Assembly: GCA_045599485.1 (NCBI GenBank)
Contig: JAZRWA010000081.1
Location: forward strand, 1-24,371
Reading direction: 5' to 3'
DNA: 24,371 bases
Origin: Clostridia bacterium
Lineage (GTDB): Bacteria > Bacillota > Clostridia > Christensenellales > Aristaeellaceae
Below are positions 1 to 11,851 of the stretch, one piece after another. The position numbers and the translations under genes are program-made. A model generated the notes under the pieces. It worked only from the letters and a program-made list of their open reading frames with translations. It did not search any database and was not told the DNA's origin. Positions within the stretch are counted from its first letter, which is position 1. Each line of letters starts with the position of its first letter.

Positions 1-489
1 GCCGATACCTCCGACTTGCTGGTCAACTGGGAATTGAAGGACTGGGAGTGCGACTGCGGCCGGGAGTTTGCCTTCAAAAGTGCCGATGGTCTGCTGGCGG
101 GCATCCGCAAGTATCATTTGGAGGACCGCAGCATGCTGAACAGCTTTTCCTCCTCCGTGCTGGAATATGTGTGGAAACAGTCAAAGGGCAGCATGAGCAT
201 TCACGGTCAGGGCGTGTACCCGACCAGCAAGATGCGTGACATCGCCCTTTTTGCCCCCAAGACCTATTGGGACTGGGCCTGCATGTACGGCCCCTCCGGC
301 ACGCCCAAGCGCCTGCCCGAAAAGGTGAGCTACGATAACTGCATCGCCCAGGGCATCATTCCCTGCGTGTGCATTCCCGACACGCTGGAAAACTACCGTC
401 AGGCCATTGAGTTTGGCTGCCGCATGTTTACCAGCGACGACCCCGAGCAGGGCCTCCAGAACCTGCGCGAGCTGGGCGAGAGAGAATAA
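1..489 (+). CDS. 5'-truncated CDS (C-terminal 162 codons), possibly a glycerophosphodiester phosphodiesterase-like fold
   Basis: Frame 1 is open from the window edge to TAA 487-489. The C-terminus ...AQGIIPCVCIPDTLENYRQAIEFGCRMFTSDDPE resembles the GDPD-family end (G-x-D/x-x-x-TD-x-P). Function is a weak guess. Confidence 0.4.
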   Translation, partial: ADTSDLLVNWELKDWECDCGREFAFKSADGLLAGIRKYHLEDRSMLNSFSSSVLEYVWKQSKGSMSIHGQGVYPTSKMRDIALFAPKTYWDWACMYGPSGTPKRLPEKVSYDNCIAQGIIPCVCIPDTLENYRQAIEFGCRMFTSDDPEQGLQNLRELGERE

Positions 490-498
490 CGCCGCGGC

Positions 499-527
499 TT
501 GACAGGGGCGGCGGACGGCACTATAAT
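499..527 (+). promoter_or_regulatory. Consensus sigma-70-type promoter upstream of the ArsR-family gene
   Basis: TTGACA at 499-504, exact 17-nt spacer, TATAAT at 522-527, about 35 nt upstream of ATG 563. Confidence 0.7.
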
Positions 528-545
528 TTGAGCGTTTATTCAAAT
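526..545. promoter_or_regulatory. Candidate ArsR/SmtB operator (6-8-6 inverted repeat overlapping the -10 and start site)
   Basis: ATTTGA (526-531) and TCAAAT (540-545) are exact reverse complements with an 8-nt spacer. The repeat sits directly on the -10 of the regulator's own promoter. Confidence 0.35.
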
Positions 546-562
546 GAAAGAAGGGGAGACGC

Positions 563-946
563 ATGGAGAACGAAACGATGACGGGGCTTGGCGAAAACGA
601 GGCGCCGATGTGCGGCTATCTGTGCGTCCACCCCGACACCATCGACAGCGTGCGCCGCACCCTGCCCGATGATGATACCCTGCTCAATGTCAGCGAGCTG
701 TTCAAGGTGCTGGGCGACAGCACGCGCATGAAGATCCTGTTTGTGCTGCTGGTCAGTGAGATGTGCGTGTGCGACCTGTCCCAGATGCTCGGCATGAGCA
801 TATCGGCCATTTCGCATCAGCTGCGCATCCTGCGGCAGGCACAGCTGGTCACCTTCCGCCGGGAGGGAAAAACGGTGTTTTACGCCCTGGCGGATGAGCA
901 TGTGCGTACGCTGCTCAGCCAGGGCATTGAGCACGTGCAGGAATAA
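563..946 (+). CDS. ArsR/SmtB-family metal-sensing transcriptional repressor
   Basis: LFKVLGDSTRMKILFVLLVSEMCVCDLSQMLGMSISAISHQLRILRQAQLV..REGKTVFYAL is the canonical ArsR wHTH. EMCVCDL matches the alpha-3 ELCVCDL metal site, and there are extra N-terminal Cys (MCGYLC). Stop is TAA. Confidence 0.9.
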   Translation: MENETMTGLGENEAPMCGYLCVHPDTIDSVRRTLPDDDTLLNVSELFKVLGDSTRMKILFVLLVSEMCVCDLSQMLGMSISAISHQLRILRQAQLVTFRREGKTVFYALADEHVRTLLSQGIEHVQE

Positions 947-949
947 ACC

Positions 950-978
950 TTGTACAAACAGGGACTGCATGTTATAAT
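950..978 (+). promoter_or_regulatory. Sigma-70-type promoter for the aminopeptidase/gpmI unit
   Basis: TTGTAC at 950-955, 17-nt spacer, TGT-extended TATAAT at 973-978. Confidence 0.6.
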
Positions 979-1011
979 AAATACCAAATCATCTATGGAG
1001 GAGAAACGACA

Positions 1012-2397
1012 ATGGAAAGACCGAACGCGTGGAAAACTTATGACGCCCAGGCACTGGAAGCGCTGGAAAAGTACAGTGCTGAATACCGCTCTTATCTGGA
1101 TAACGGCAAGACCGAACGCGAGTGCGTGACCGAGACCGTGGCCATGGCCAAGGAACACGGCTATACCGATCTGGCGGATGCCGTCAAGGCCGGCAAAAAG
1201 CTGGTGCCCGGCGATAAAGTATATGTCAACTGCATGGGCAAGGCCCTGATGCTGTTCCACATCGGCACCGCGCCGCTGGAAAAGGGCATCAACATTGTGG
1301 GCAGCCACATCGATTCTCCCCGCATGGACCTGAAGCAGAACCCCTTCTATGAGGATACCGATATCGCTTATGCAGACACGCATTACTACGGCGGCATCAA
1401 AAAGTATCAGTGGGTCGCCCGCGCGCTGGCGCTGCATGGCGTGGTGGTCAAAAAGGACGGCACCACCGTGCAGGTGGTCATCGGTGAAAAGGACGATGAT
1501 CCCGTGGTGGGCATCTCCGATCTGCTGCCGCATCTGGGCGCCGATCAGATGAAGAAGACCCTGGCCGAAGGCATCGACGGCGAAGGTCTGGATGTGATGG
1601 TGTGCGGCAAGCCCCTTGAAGGCGAAGAGAAGGAGGCTGTCAAGGCAGGCCTGCTCAAGATCCTCAAGGAGACCTACGGCATCGAGGAGGAGGATATGCT
1701 CTCCGCCGAGATCGAAGTGGTGCCCGCCGGCAAGACCCGTGATTACGGCCTCGACCGCAGCATGCTGCTGGGCTATGGCCATGATGACCGCGTGTGCGCC
1801 TATGCCTCTGTGGCCGCTCAGTTTGAGCTGCCTGCCGTGCCCGCCTACACCTGCTGCTGCCTGCTGGCCGACAAGGAAGAGATCGGCAGCGTCGGTGCTA
1901 CCGGTATGCGTGCCCATTACTTTGAGAACGCCGTGGCCGAGCTGATCAACCTGACTTATGACAGCTACAGCGAGCTGCTTGTGCGCCGTGCGCTGGCTGC
2001 CTGCCGTATGCTGAGCTGCGACGTCAGCGCGGGCTATGATCCGCTGTACGCCCATGCCTTTGAAAAGAAGAACGCCGCCATTCTGGGCCGCGGCGTGTGC
2101 TACAACAAGTTTACCGGCAGCCGCGGCAAGTCCGGCTCCAATGACGCCAATGCCGAGTTCCTGGGCCGCCTGCGCACCATCATGGACAACAACAATGTGT
2201 GCTGGCAGACGGCCGAGCTGGGCCGCGTCGACGTGGGTGGCGGCGGCACCATCGCTTACATCTGCGCCCTGTACGGCATGGAAGTGGTGGACAGCGGCGT
2301 GGCCGTGCTGTCCATGCATGCTCCCCAGGAGATCATCAGCAAGGCGGACCTGTACGAGGCCATCAAGGCTTACAAGGCCTTCATGATCGAGGGCTGA
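1012..2397 (+). CDS. M18-family aminopeptidase (aminopeptidase 1 type)
   Basis: 461 aa with GGAGG about 10 nt upstream. Motifs IVGSHIDSPRMDLKQNP, HDDRVCAY, DKEEIGS and SMHAPQE are typical of clostridial M18 aminopeptidases. Stop is TGA. Confidence 0.85.
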   Translation: MERPNAWKTYDAQALEALEKYSAEYRSYLDNGKTERECVTETVAMAKEHGYTDLADAVKAGKKLVPGDKVYVNCMGKALMLFHIGTAPLEKGINIVGSHIDSPRMDLKQNPFYEDTDIAYADTHYYGGIKKYQWVARALALHGVVVKKDGTTVQVVIGEKDDDPVVGISDLLPHLGADQMKKTLAEGIDGEGLDVMVCGKPLEGEEKEAVKAGLLKILKETYGIEEEDMLSAEIEVVPAGKTRDYGLDRSMLLGYGHDDRVCAYASVAAQFELPAVPAYTCCCLLADKEEIGSVGATGMRAHYFENAVAELINLTYDSYSELLVRRALAACRMLSCDVSAGYDPLYAHAFEKKNAAILGRGVCYNKFTGSRGKSGSNDANAEFLGRLRTIMDNNNVCWQTAELGRVDVGGGGTIAYICALYGMEVVDSGVAVLSMHAPQEIISKADLYEAIKAYKAFMIEG

Positions 2398-2430
2398 AAA
2401 TAACCCGGTAAGGGAAAGGACAACAAAACA

Positions 2431-4008
2431 ATGAACAAGAATCCCATTGTACTGGTGGTAATGGACGGAGTCGGCAAGACCGACAAGGACGTGGGCGGCG
2501 GCAACATGGTGCTGCATGCCAGCACCCCCACTTTGGACAAGATGATGGCGATGTACCCCAACACCGCCATTCAGGCGCACGGCACCGCCGTGGGTCTGGC
2601 TTCCGATGACGATATGGGCAACAGCGAAGTGGGCCACAACGCCCTTGGCTGCGGCCAGATCTACGCCCAGGGCTCCAAGCTGGTCAACGAGTCCATCCAG
2701 AGCGGTCTGCTGTTTGAAAGCGACACCTGGAAGGAGCTGACCGGCAACTGTGTCAAAAACAACTCCACCCTGCACCTGATCGGTCTTCTGTCCGACGGCA
2801 ACGTGCACAGCAACATCCACCATCTGGAGGCGCTGATCAAGAATGCCAAGGAACAGGGCGTCAAGCAGGTGCGCGTGCATGCGCTGCTGGATGGCCGCGA
2901 TGTGCCCGCCACCTCCGCGCTGCAGTATGTGGACGAGATCGAAGAGTGCATGGCCGCCCTCAATGACGGCGATTTCCATGCTTGCATTGCCTCCGGCGGC
3001 GGCCGCATGAAGATCACCATGGACCGCTATCAGGCCAACTGGGCCATGGTCAAGGCCGGCTGGGACATTCATGTGCACGGCGAGGGCCGTCAGTTTGCCT
3101 CTGCCCGCGAAGCGGTGGAGACCTACCGTGCCGAGACCGGCGCCATCGACCAGGATCTGCCGGCATTTGTTATCGCCAAGGACGGCAAGCCCGTGGGCAC
3201 CATTGAGGATAACGACAGCGTGGTGCTGTTCAACTTCCGCGGCGACCGCGCGCTGGAGCTTTCGATGGCGTTTGACAATGCCGACTTTGACGCCTTTGAC
3301 CGCGGCCGCAACCCCAAGGTGCTGTACGCCGGCATGCTGCAGTATGACGGCGACCTGAAGCTGCCTGCCCGCTATCTGGTCAATCCGCCCGCCATCCGCA
3401 ACACCATGAGCGAGCTGATGGTCAAGAACGGCATCAGCGAGTATGCCGTGTCCGAAACGCAGAAGTATGGCCATGTGACCTATTTCTGGAACGGCAACCG
3501 CTCCGAAAAGTTTGATGAGCAGCTGGAGACCTTTGAAGAGGTGCCCTCCGATGTGCGCTCCTTTGACGAGGCGCCGTGGATGAAGGCCGCCGAGGTGACC
3601 GACAAGGTGATCGCCGCCATTGAAAGCGGCAAGTATGATTTCATCCGCTGCAACTATCCCAACGGCGATATGGTGGGCCATACCGGCAACCTGGATGCCA
3701 CCCGCATCGGCGTGGAGAGCGTCGATCTGCAGCTGGCGCGCGTGTGGAAGAGCTGCCAGGAAAAGGGCTACACCCTGCTGGTGACGGCCGACCACGGCAA
3801 TGCCGATGAGATGCTGCAGGCCAACAAGAAGGGCGAGATGCAGCCCAAGACGGCGCACAGCCTGAACCCCGTGCCCTTCATCGTGTGCGATGAGAGCAGG
3901 AAGCTCAAGGACGGCGCGTTCGGCCTGGCCAATGTGGCGCCCACCGTGGCGCAGCTGATGGGCCTGGAAGCGCCTGCCTGCTGGCTCGAGGGCATGATCG
4001 TGGAGTAA
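2431..4008 (+). CDS. gpmI: 2,3-bisphosphoglycerate-independent phosphoglycerate mutase
   Basis: 525 aa. VLVVMDGVG..., NSEVGHNALGCGQI and ...ADHGNADEM are iPGM signatures. It lies 33 nt after the aminopeptidase with no terminator between. Stop is TAA. Confidence 0.9.
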   Translation: MNKNPIVLVVMDGVGKTDKDVGGGNMVLHASTPTLDKMMAMYPNTAIQAHGTAVGLASDDDMGNSEVGHNALGCGQIYAQGSKLVNESIQSGLLFESDTWKELTGNCVKNNSTLHLIGLLSDGNVHSNIHHLEALIKNAKEQGVKQVRVHALLDGRDVPATSALQYVDEIEECMAALNDGDFHACIASGGGRMKITMDRYQANWAMVKAGWDIHVHGEGRQFASAREAVETYRAETGAIDQDLPAFVIAKDGKPVGTIEDNDSVVLFNFRGDRALELSMAFDNADFDAFDRGRNPKVLYAGMLQYDGDLKLPARYLVNPPAIRNTMSELMVKNGISEYAVSETQKYGHVTYFWNGNRSEKFDEQLETFEEVPSDVRSFDEAPWMKAAEVTDKVIAAIESGKYDFIRCNYPNGDMVGHTGNLDATRIGVESVDLQLARVWKSCQEKGYTLLVTADHGNADEMLQANKKGEMQPKTAHSLNPVPFIVCDESRKLKDGAFGLANVAPTVAQLMGLEAPACWLEGMIVE

Positions 4009-4093
4009 CGAGGATGAACGAACGGAGACAATTTGGGAACCACCCTTTTTGAAGCCAAAAAGGGCGGTTCCCAAGCCCTCCGCGAAAAAGCAG
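4006..4093 (+). repeat. Hairpin-plus-tail repeat, copy 1 (starts at the gpmI TAA)
   Basis: Stem-loop TTGGGAACC-ACCCTTTTTG-aagc-CAAAAAGGGC-GGTTCCCAA (4033-4074) followed by the tail GCCCTCCGCGAAAAAGCAG. It is near-identical to 15861-15921. Confidence 0.85.
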
Positions 4094-4107
4094 TTTAACT
4101 GCATAGA

Positions 4108-4159
4108 ATAACACCCTTGCTTTGATGTCGGTTCACCTTCATCATTGCAAGGGTGTTAT
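4108..4159. repeat. Second hairpin type (B element), copy 1
   Basis: 13-bp stem ATAACACCCTTGC / GCAAGGGTGTTAT around a 26-nt loop. A closely related copy in inverted orientation lies at 17181-17228. Confidence 0.8.
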
Positions 4160-4176
4160 GCTGTTGACATAGATTT

Positions 4177-4266
4177 GCCCTTTCTCGGAGGGGGTAAAAG
4201 GGGGAACCATGCTTTCGGGCTCCGAAAGCGTGGTTCCCCCTTAAAAACCTTATCGTTCGCTGTCGA
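4177..4266 (-). repeat. Hairpin-plus-tail repeat, copy 2 (gene-sense with gdhA; doubles as its intrinsic terminator)
   Basis: Read on the minus strand: TAA, spacer ..ACGATAAGGTTTTT.., stem GGGGGAACCA...TGGTTCCCCC (4200-4240), then TTTTA and the tail CCCCCTCCGAGAAAGGGC. Confidence 0.85.
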
Positions 4267-7982
<3,716 letters not shown>

Positions 7983-8001
7983 AACACACCTCCGAACCGC
8001 T

Positions 8002-9105
8002 CTATAACAGATGCGAAATGCAATCCCGGTCCGCCTCCTCGGGGGAGAAGGTGATCAGGTAAACGCGCACATTGGGCCCCATGCGGCGGATGTCGCGGAC
8101 GGCATCGCTGAGCAGGGCACCAAGGCGTGTGGTAATGATGATGACGGCGCCGACCGATACGGCGGCACGGGCTTCCATGAGCAGTACCCGTCCGAAATCC
8201 TGCGGGGAGGAAAAGGTAAGGTGGGCAAGCAGGGTGCTCAGCCCTTCGGTGCTGCCCGAGGGGGCGGCGCGGAACTCGGCCACGTGCTCATCATAAAAGG
8301 GCATGCGCACGGGCGATTGATGGGACAGCTGGATCTCCGCGGCGGACAGCGCCGTCTCGGTCAGCACATCGCGCAAACACAGCGCGCTCTCGCCCTCTGC
8401 CGCGGGGGCGGAGCAGTCGGTCAGGATGAGGGTGCCGGGCGGGGCCGGCGTTTCAAAGCTGCGCACGATGAGCTCGCCGCGGCAGGCGCTCAGCTTCCAG
8501 TGGATGCGCTTGAGGGGGTCGCCGCTGCGCCAGGCGCGGGTGCTGTCGGGGTAGGAGGCATCCTCGGCGGCGGTGAGCCCGCGGGCGGAACCGTCGTCAC
8601 TGCCGGCATATTCCAGGTTCATGGCTTCAAAGGGGCGGGGCAGCACCAGCATTTCTCCGCTTGCGGCCGCAAGGCGGACACGGCAGCGGAACAGGTGCAA
8701 GGGGTCGCTGCAGGCGGCGGAAAGGATCGACAGGCGGCGGCAGCCGACATGGTCGCCGGGCAGGTCGATGGTCAGCTCGGGGCGGCGGGCAGAGCGGCAG
8801 ACAAAGGCGTGCAGAAAGCGCTGCTCCCCGAAGCGGCAATCCAGCGCCCAGCTCATGGGCGTCAGGTAGGAATGGTGATAAAAGCGCACTGCCGGCGAAA
8901 AGCTGCCGCCGCGGAGGACGCGCTGTTCGGCAGGATCGACCTCGCACCGCAGCGTCAGGCGCAGCAGCAGCAGACCCAGTCCGTTGTACAAAAGCGTCAG
9001 CACGGCAAAAACGGCCGCGATATAAAAGAATCGCGCGCCGGAGGCCAGCCCGAACAAAAGTGACATCAGGCCGGTCAGCAGGAAGAAAAAGCCGCGGGCC
9101 GTCAT
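8002..9105 (-). CDS. DUF58-family protein (MoxR-operon partner)
   Basis: 367 aa with two N-terminal TM helices and ...DSTRAWRSGDPLKRIHWKLSA..., typical of DUF58. ATG 9105 overlaps the MoxR TGA (ATGA). It ends at TAG 8002-8004. If TAG is read, it ends at TGA 7966-7968. Confidence 0.75.
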   Translation of the reverse strand: MTARGFFFLLTGLMSLLFGLASGARFFYIAAVFAVLTLLYNGLGLLLLRLTLRCEVDPAEQRVLRGGSFSPAVRFYHHSYLTPMSWALDCRFGEQRFLHAFVCRSARRPELTIDLPGDHVGCRRLSILSAACSDPLHLFRCRVRLAAASGEMLVLPRPFEAMNLEYAGSDDGSARGLTAAEDASYPDSTRAWRSGDPLKRIHWKLSACRGELIVRSFETPAPPGTLILTDCSAPAAEGESALCLRDVLTETALSAAEIQLSHQSPVRMPFYDEHVAEFRAAPSGSTEGLSTLLAHLTFSSPQDFGRVLLMEARAAVSVGAVIIITTRLGALLSDAVRDIRRMGPNVRVYLITFSPEEADRDCISHLL

Positions 9106-10055
9106 TTGAGGCGCATGGGGACGGGCACGGAGGAAAGCAGGGCGGACAGGATGCCGTCGGCGGTCTGCCCCTTCATGCGGGCTTCGGGCGACAGCACCAG
9201 ACGGTGCGCCAGCACCGGCACCGCCATGAGCTTGACATCCTCGGGCAGCACATAATCGCGCCCCGAGAGCAGGGCACAGCCCTGCGAGGCACGCAGCAGC
9301 GCGATGGAGCCGCGGGGCGAGGCGCCCAGCGTCAGCAGGGGATGGCTGCGGGTGGCGGCGGACAGCTGCGCCACATAGGCGCGGATCTACGGCGCGGTGT
9401 AGACATCGCCCACGGCCTGCTGCATGGACAGCACATCCTCGGCGGTGCAGACGGGCTGCAGCGCGCCGAGCGGCACACTGCGCCCGGTGTAGCGCTCCAG
9501 AATGTCCATCTCCTCTTCCAGCGTGGGGTAACCCATGCTGATGCGCAGAAAGAAACGGTCCATCTGCGCCTCGGGCAGGGGGTAGGTGCCGACAAAATCA
9601 ACGGGGTTCTGCGTGGCCAGCACCATAAAGGGCGCGGGCAGGGGGTGCGTGACGCCGTCCACCGTCACCTGACGCTCCTCCATCACCTCCAGCAGGCTGG
9701 ACTGTGTTTTGGGCGAGGTACGGTTGATCTCATCCGCCAGCACGATCTGGCTCATGACGGCACCAGGGCGGAATTCCATCTGCCCCGTGGTCAGCGACGG
9801 CATGGTAAAGCCCGTGATGTCGCTGGGCATCACGTCGGGTGTAAACTGAATGCGCTTGAACGAACAGGAAAGCGAACGCGCCAGCGCGGCCACCATGGTG
9901 GTCTTGCCCACACCGGGCACATCCTCGATCAGCACATGACCGCGGCAGATGAGGGCGATGAGCGCCAGATGGATGGCCTCATCCTTGCCGACGATGACGC
10001 GGCCGATGTTTTTGGAAAGGGCGGAAACCAGGGTCAGAAGGCTGTCTTTCAGCAT
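9102..10055 (-). CDS. MoxR-family AAA+ ATPase carrying one in-frame TAG at 9387-9389
   Basis: Start placed at ATG 10055 (MLKDSL...), with AAGGAG 6 nt upstream and downstream of the promoter at 10092-10120. Walker A is EDVPGVGKT and Walker B is VLADEINR. The frame continues VGDVYTAP-TAG-IRAYVAQLSAATRSHPLLTLGASPRG...GRDYVLPEDVK..HRL, the conserved MoxR lid. 317 codons. Stop is TGA. Confidence 0.85.
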
Positions 10056-10091
10056 GGGAAACTCCTTTGACTTTGGGAGAATATCCATCAT

Positions 10092-10120
10092 ATTATACCC
10101 AATAAACGGCGTGAACGCAA
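10092..10120 (-). promoter_or_regulatory. Sigma-70-type promoter of the moxR-DUF58-transglutaminase operon
   Basis: On the minus strand: TTGCGT (10120-10115), 17-nt spacer, TATAAT (10097-10092). Confidence 0.6.
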
Positions 10121-10186
10121 CGAAGGCGGCAATTGTTTACATTCATCTGTATGCCTTTGGACCGTCCCTCCACAGTATTTGGTGTA

Positions 10187-10215
10187 GTGACAACGGACGG
10201 TCTTCATGCTATAAT
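10187..10215 (+). promoter_or_regulatory. Sigma-70-type promoter of the FAD-protein gene
   Basis: GTGACA at 10187-10192, 17-nt spacer, TGC-extended TATAAT at 10210-10215. Confidence 0.6.
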
Positions 10216-10241
10216 ATTATGGTATAAAGGGAGGTTTGTCC

Positions 10242-11834
10242 ATGCTGCGAGTTGCCAACATTTCGGTGCCCCTGTGCCGGGACGCGGACAGGCGGGCTTT
10301 TGAGCTTGCCCTCAAAAAGCTGCGTCTTCCCGAAGAGAGGGTAACGGAATGGCATGTGAGCAAAAAAAGCGTGGACGCCCGGGACAAGTCGAAGCTGTGC
10401 TTTGTGTACGCCATCGACCTTGCCGTTGAAAAGGAAGAGGCCCTCCTCACACGTCTGAAACCCGGCATCGCCGCCAAGGCGCCCGAATCACAGCCCCTGT
10501 GCTGTGAGAAGGCGACCCCCAAAGCACACCGCCCCGTGGTGGTGGGGCTGGGACCGTGCGGGCTGTTTGCCGCCCTGTATCTGGCGCGGGCAGGGCTTCG
10601 CCCGATCTGCCTGGAAAGAGGGCAGCGGGTGGAGGAAAGAAAAAAGAGCGTGCAGCGGTTTTTTGCCGACGGCACGCTGGATCCCGAAAGCAATGTGCAG
10701 TTTGGCGAGGGCGGCGCGGGCGCTTTTTCCGACGGCAAGCTGACGACCGGCATCAAGGATGCCGCCTGCCGTCAGGTGCTGGAGGAGCTGGTGCGCCACG
10801 GCGCGCCCGATAACATTTTGTATGAGGCGCATCCCCATGTGGGCACCGACCGCCTGCCCGGCGCGGTGGCGGCCATCCGCGAGGAGATCCTTGCCCTGGG
10901 CGGCGAGGTGCGCTTTGAAACAAAACTGCTGGGACTGATCTCCGAAAACGGCCGTCTGCGCGCCCTGCGTGTGACGGACGGCAGCACTGAAACCGAATTG
11001 CCCTGCGACAGCGTCATTCTGGCATTGGGGCACAGCGCCCGCGACACCGTGCGGCAATTGTATGCCGACGGTCTGCGCATGGAGCAGAAGCCCTTTTCCG
11101 TGGGCGTGCGCGCGGAGCATCCGCAGGCGCTGGTCAACCGCTCGCAGTACGGCAAAGCCGCCGACAGCGGACTGCTGGGCGCGGCGGAATACCATATCCA
11201 TGTTAAATTGCCCGATGGACGTGGCGTGTACTCCTTCTGCATGTGTCCCGGCGGTCAGGTGATCGCCGCGGCCAGCGAGGAAGGCGGCGTGTGCACCAAC
11301 GGTATGAGCGTGTTTGCCCGTGACGGCGAAAACGCCAACGCCGCCCTGCTGGTGGATGTGCGTACGGAGGATTTTCCCTCTAAGCATCCGCTCGCGGGCA
11401 TGGAGATGCAGCGCGAATGGGAGCACAGGGCGTTTATCGCGGGCGGAGGCAATTACCGTGCCCCGGCGCAGCGCATGGAGGACTTTTTGAACCGCCGTCC
11501 CAGCACCCATGGCGGCCCGGTGCAGCCGAGCTATCGCCCGGGCGTGACGTGGACCGATCTGGACGAGGTGCTGCCTGCCTTCGCGGCGGAAAGCCTGCGG
11601 GCGGGCATCCCGCTGCTCAAAAGGCAGCTGCACTGCATTGACCTGCCCGACGCCGTGCTGACGGGCATTGAGGCACGCTCCTCCAGCCCCGTGCGCATCC
11701 CGAGGGATGAGACGCTGCAATCCACGGTGCGCGGCGTGTTCCCCGCCGGGGAGGGCGCCGGCTATGCGGGCGGCATCATGAGCGCGGCCGTGGACGGCCT
11801 GCGCGCCGCCAAAGCCCTGATCCAAAATGATTGA
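10242..11834 (+). CDS. FAD-dependent protein (COG2509-type NAD(FAD)-utilizing dehydrogenase)
   Basis: ATG 10242 lies 7 nt after GGAGG. Rossmann motif VVVGLGPCGLFAALYLARAG, plus ...FCMCPGGQV... and GEGAGYAGGIMSAAVDG. Stop is TGA. Confidence 0.8.
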   Translation: MLRVANISVPLCRDADRRAFELALKKLRLPEERVTEWHVSKKSVDARDKSKLCFVYAIDLAVEKEEALLTRLKPGIAAKAPESQPLCCEKATPKAHRPVVVGLGPCGLFAALYLARAGLRPICLERGQRVEERKKSVQRFFADGTLDPESNVQFGEGGAGAFSDGKLTTGIKDAACRQVLEELVRHGAPDNILYEAHPHVGTDRLPGAVAAIREEILALGGEVRFETKLLGLISENGRLRALRVTDGSTETELPCDSVILALGHSARDTVRQLYADGLRMEQKPFSVGVRAEHPQALVNRSQYGKAADSGLLGAAEYHIHVKLPDGRGVYSFCMCPGGQVIAAASEEGGVCTNGMSVFARDGENANAALLVDVRTEDFPSKHPLAGMEMQREWEHRAFIAGGGNYRAPAQRMEDFLNRRPSTHGGPVQPSYRPGVTWTDLDEVLPAFAAESLRAGIPLLKRQLHCIDLPDAVLTGIEARSSSPVRIPRDETLQSTVRGVFPAGEGAGYAGGIMSAAVDGLRAAKALIQND

Positions 11835-11851
11835 AAAAAGGAGGAAAGACC

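Noticed and set aside
880-4104. Very long minus-strand ORF (1074 aa) antisense to the aminopeptidase and gpmI genes.
   Set aside because: This is a shadow ORF typical of high-GC DNA. The translation is low-complexity (A/G/H/L/V-rich), has no family motifs and no RBS. It fully overlaps two genes with strong family signatures on the other strand.
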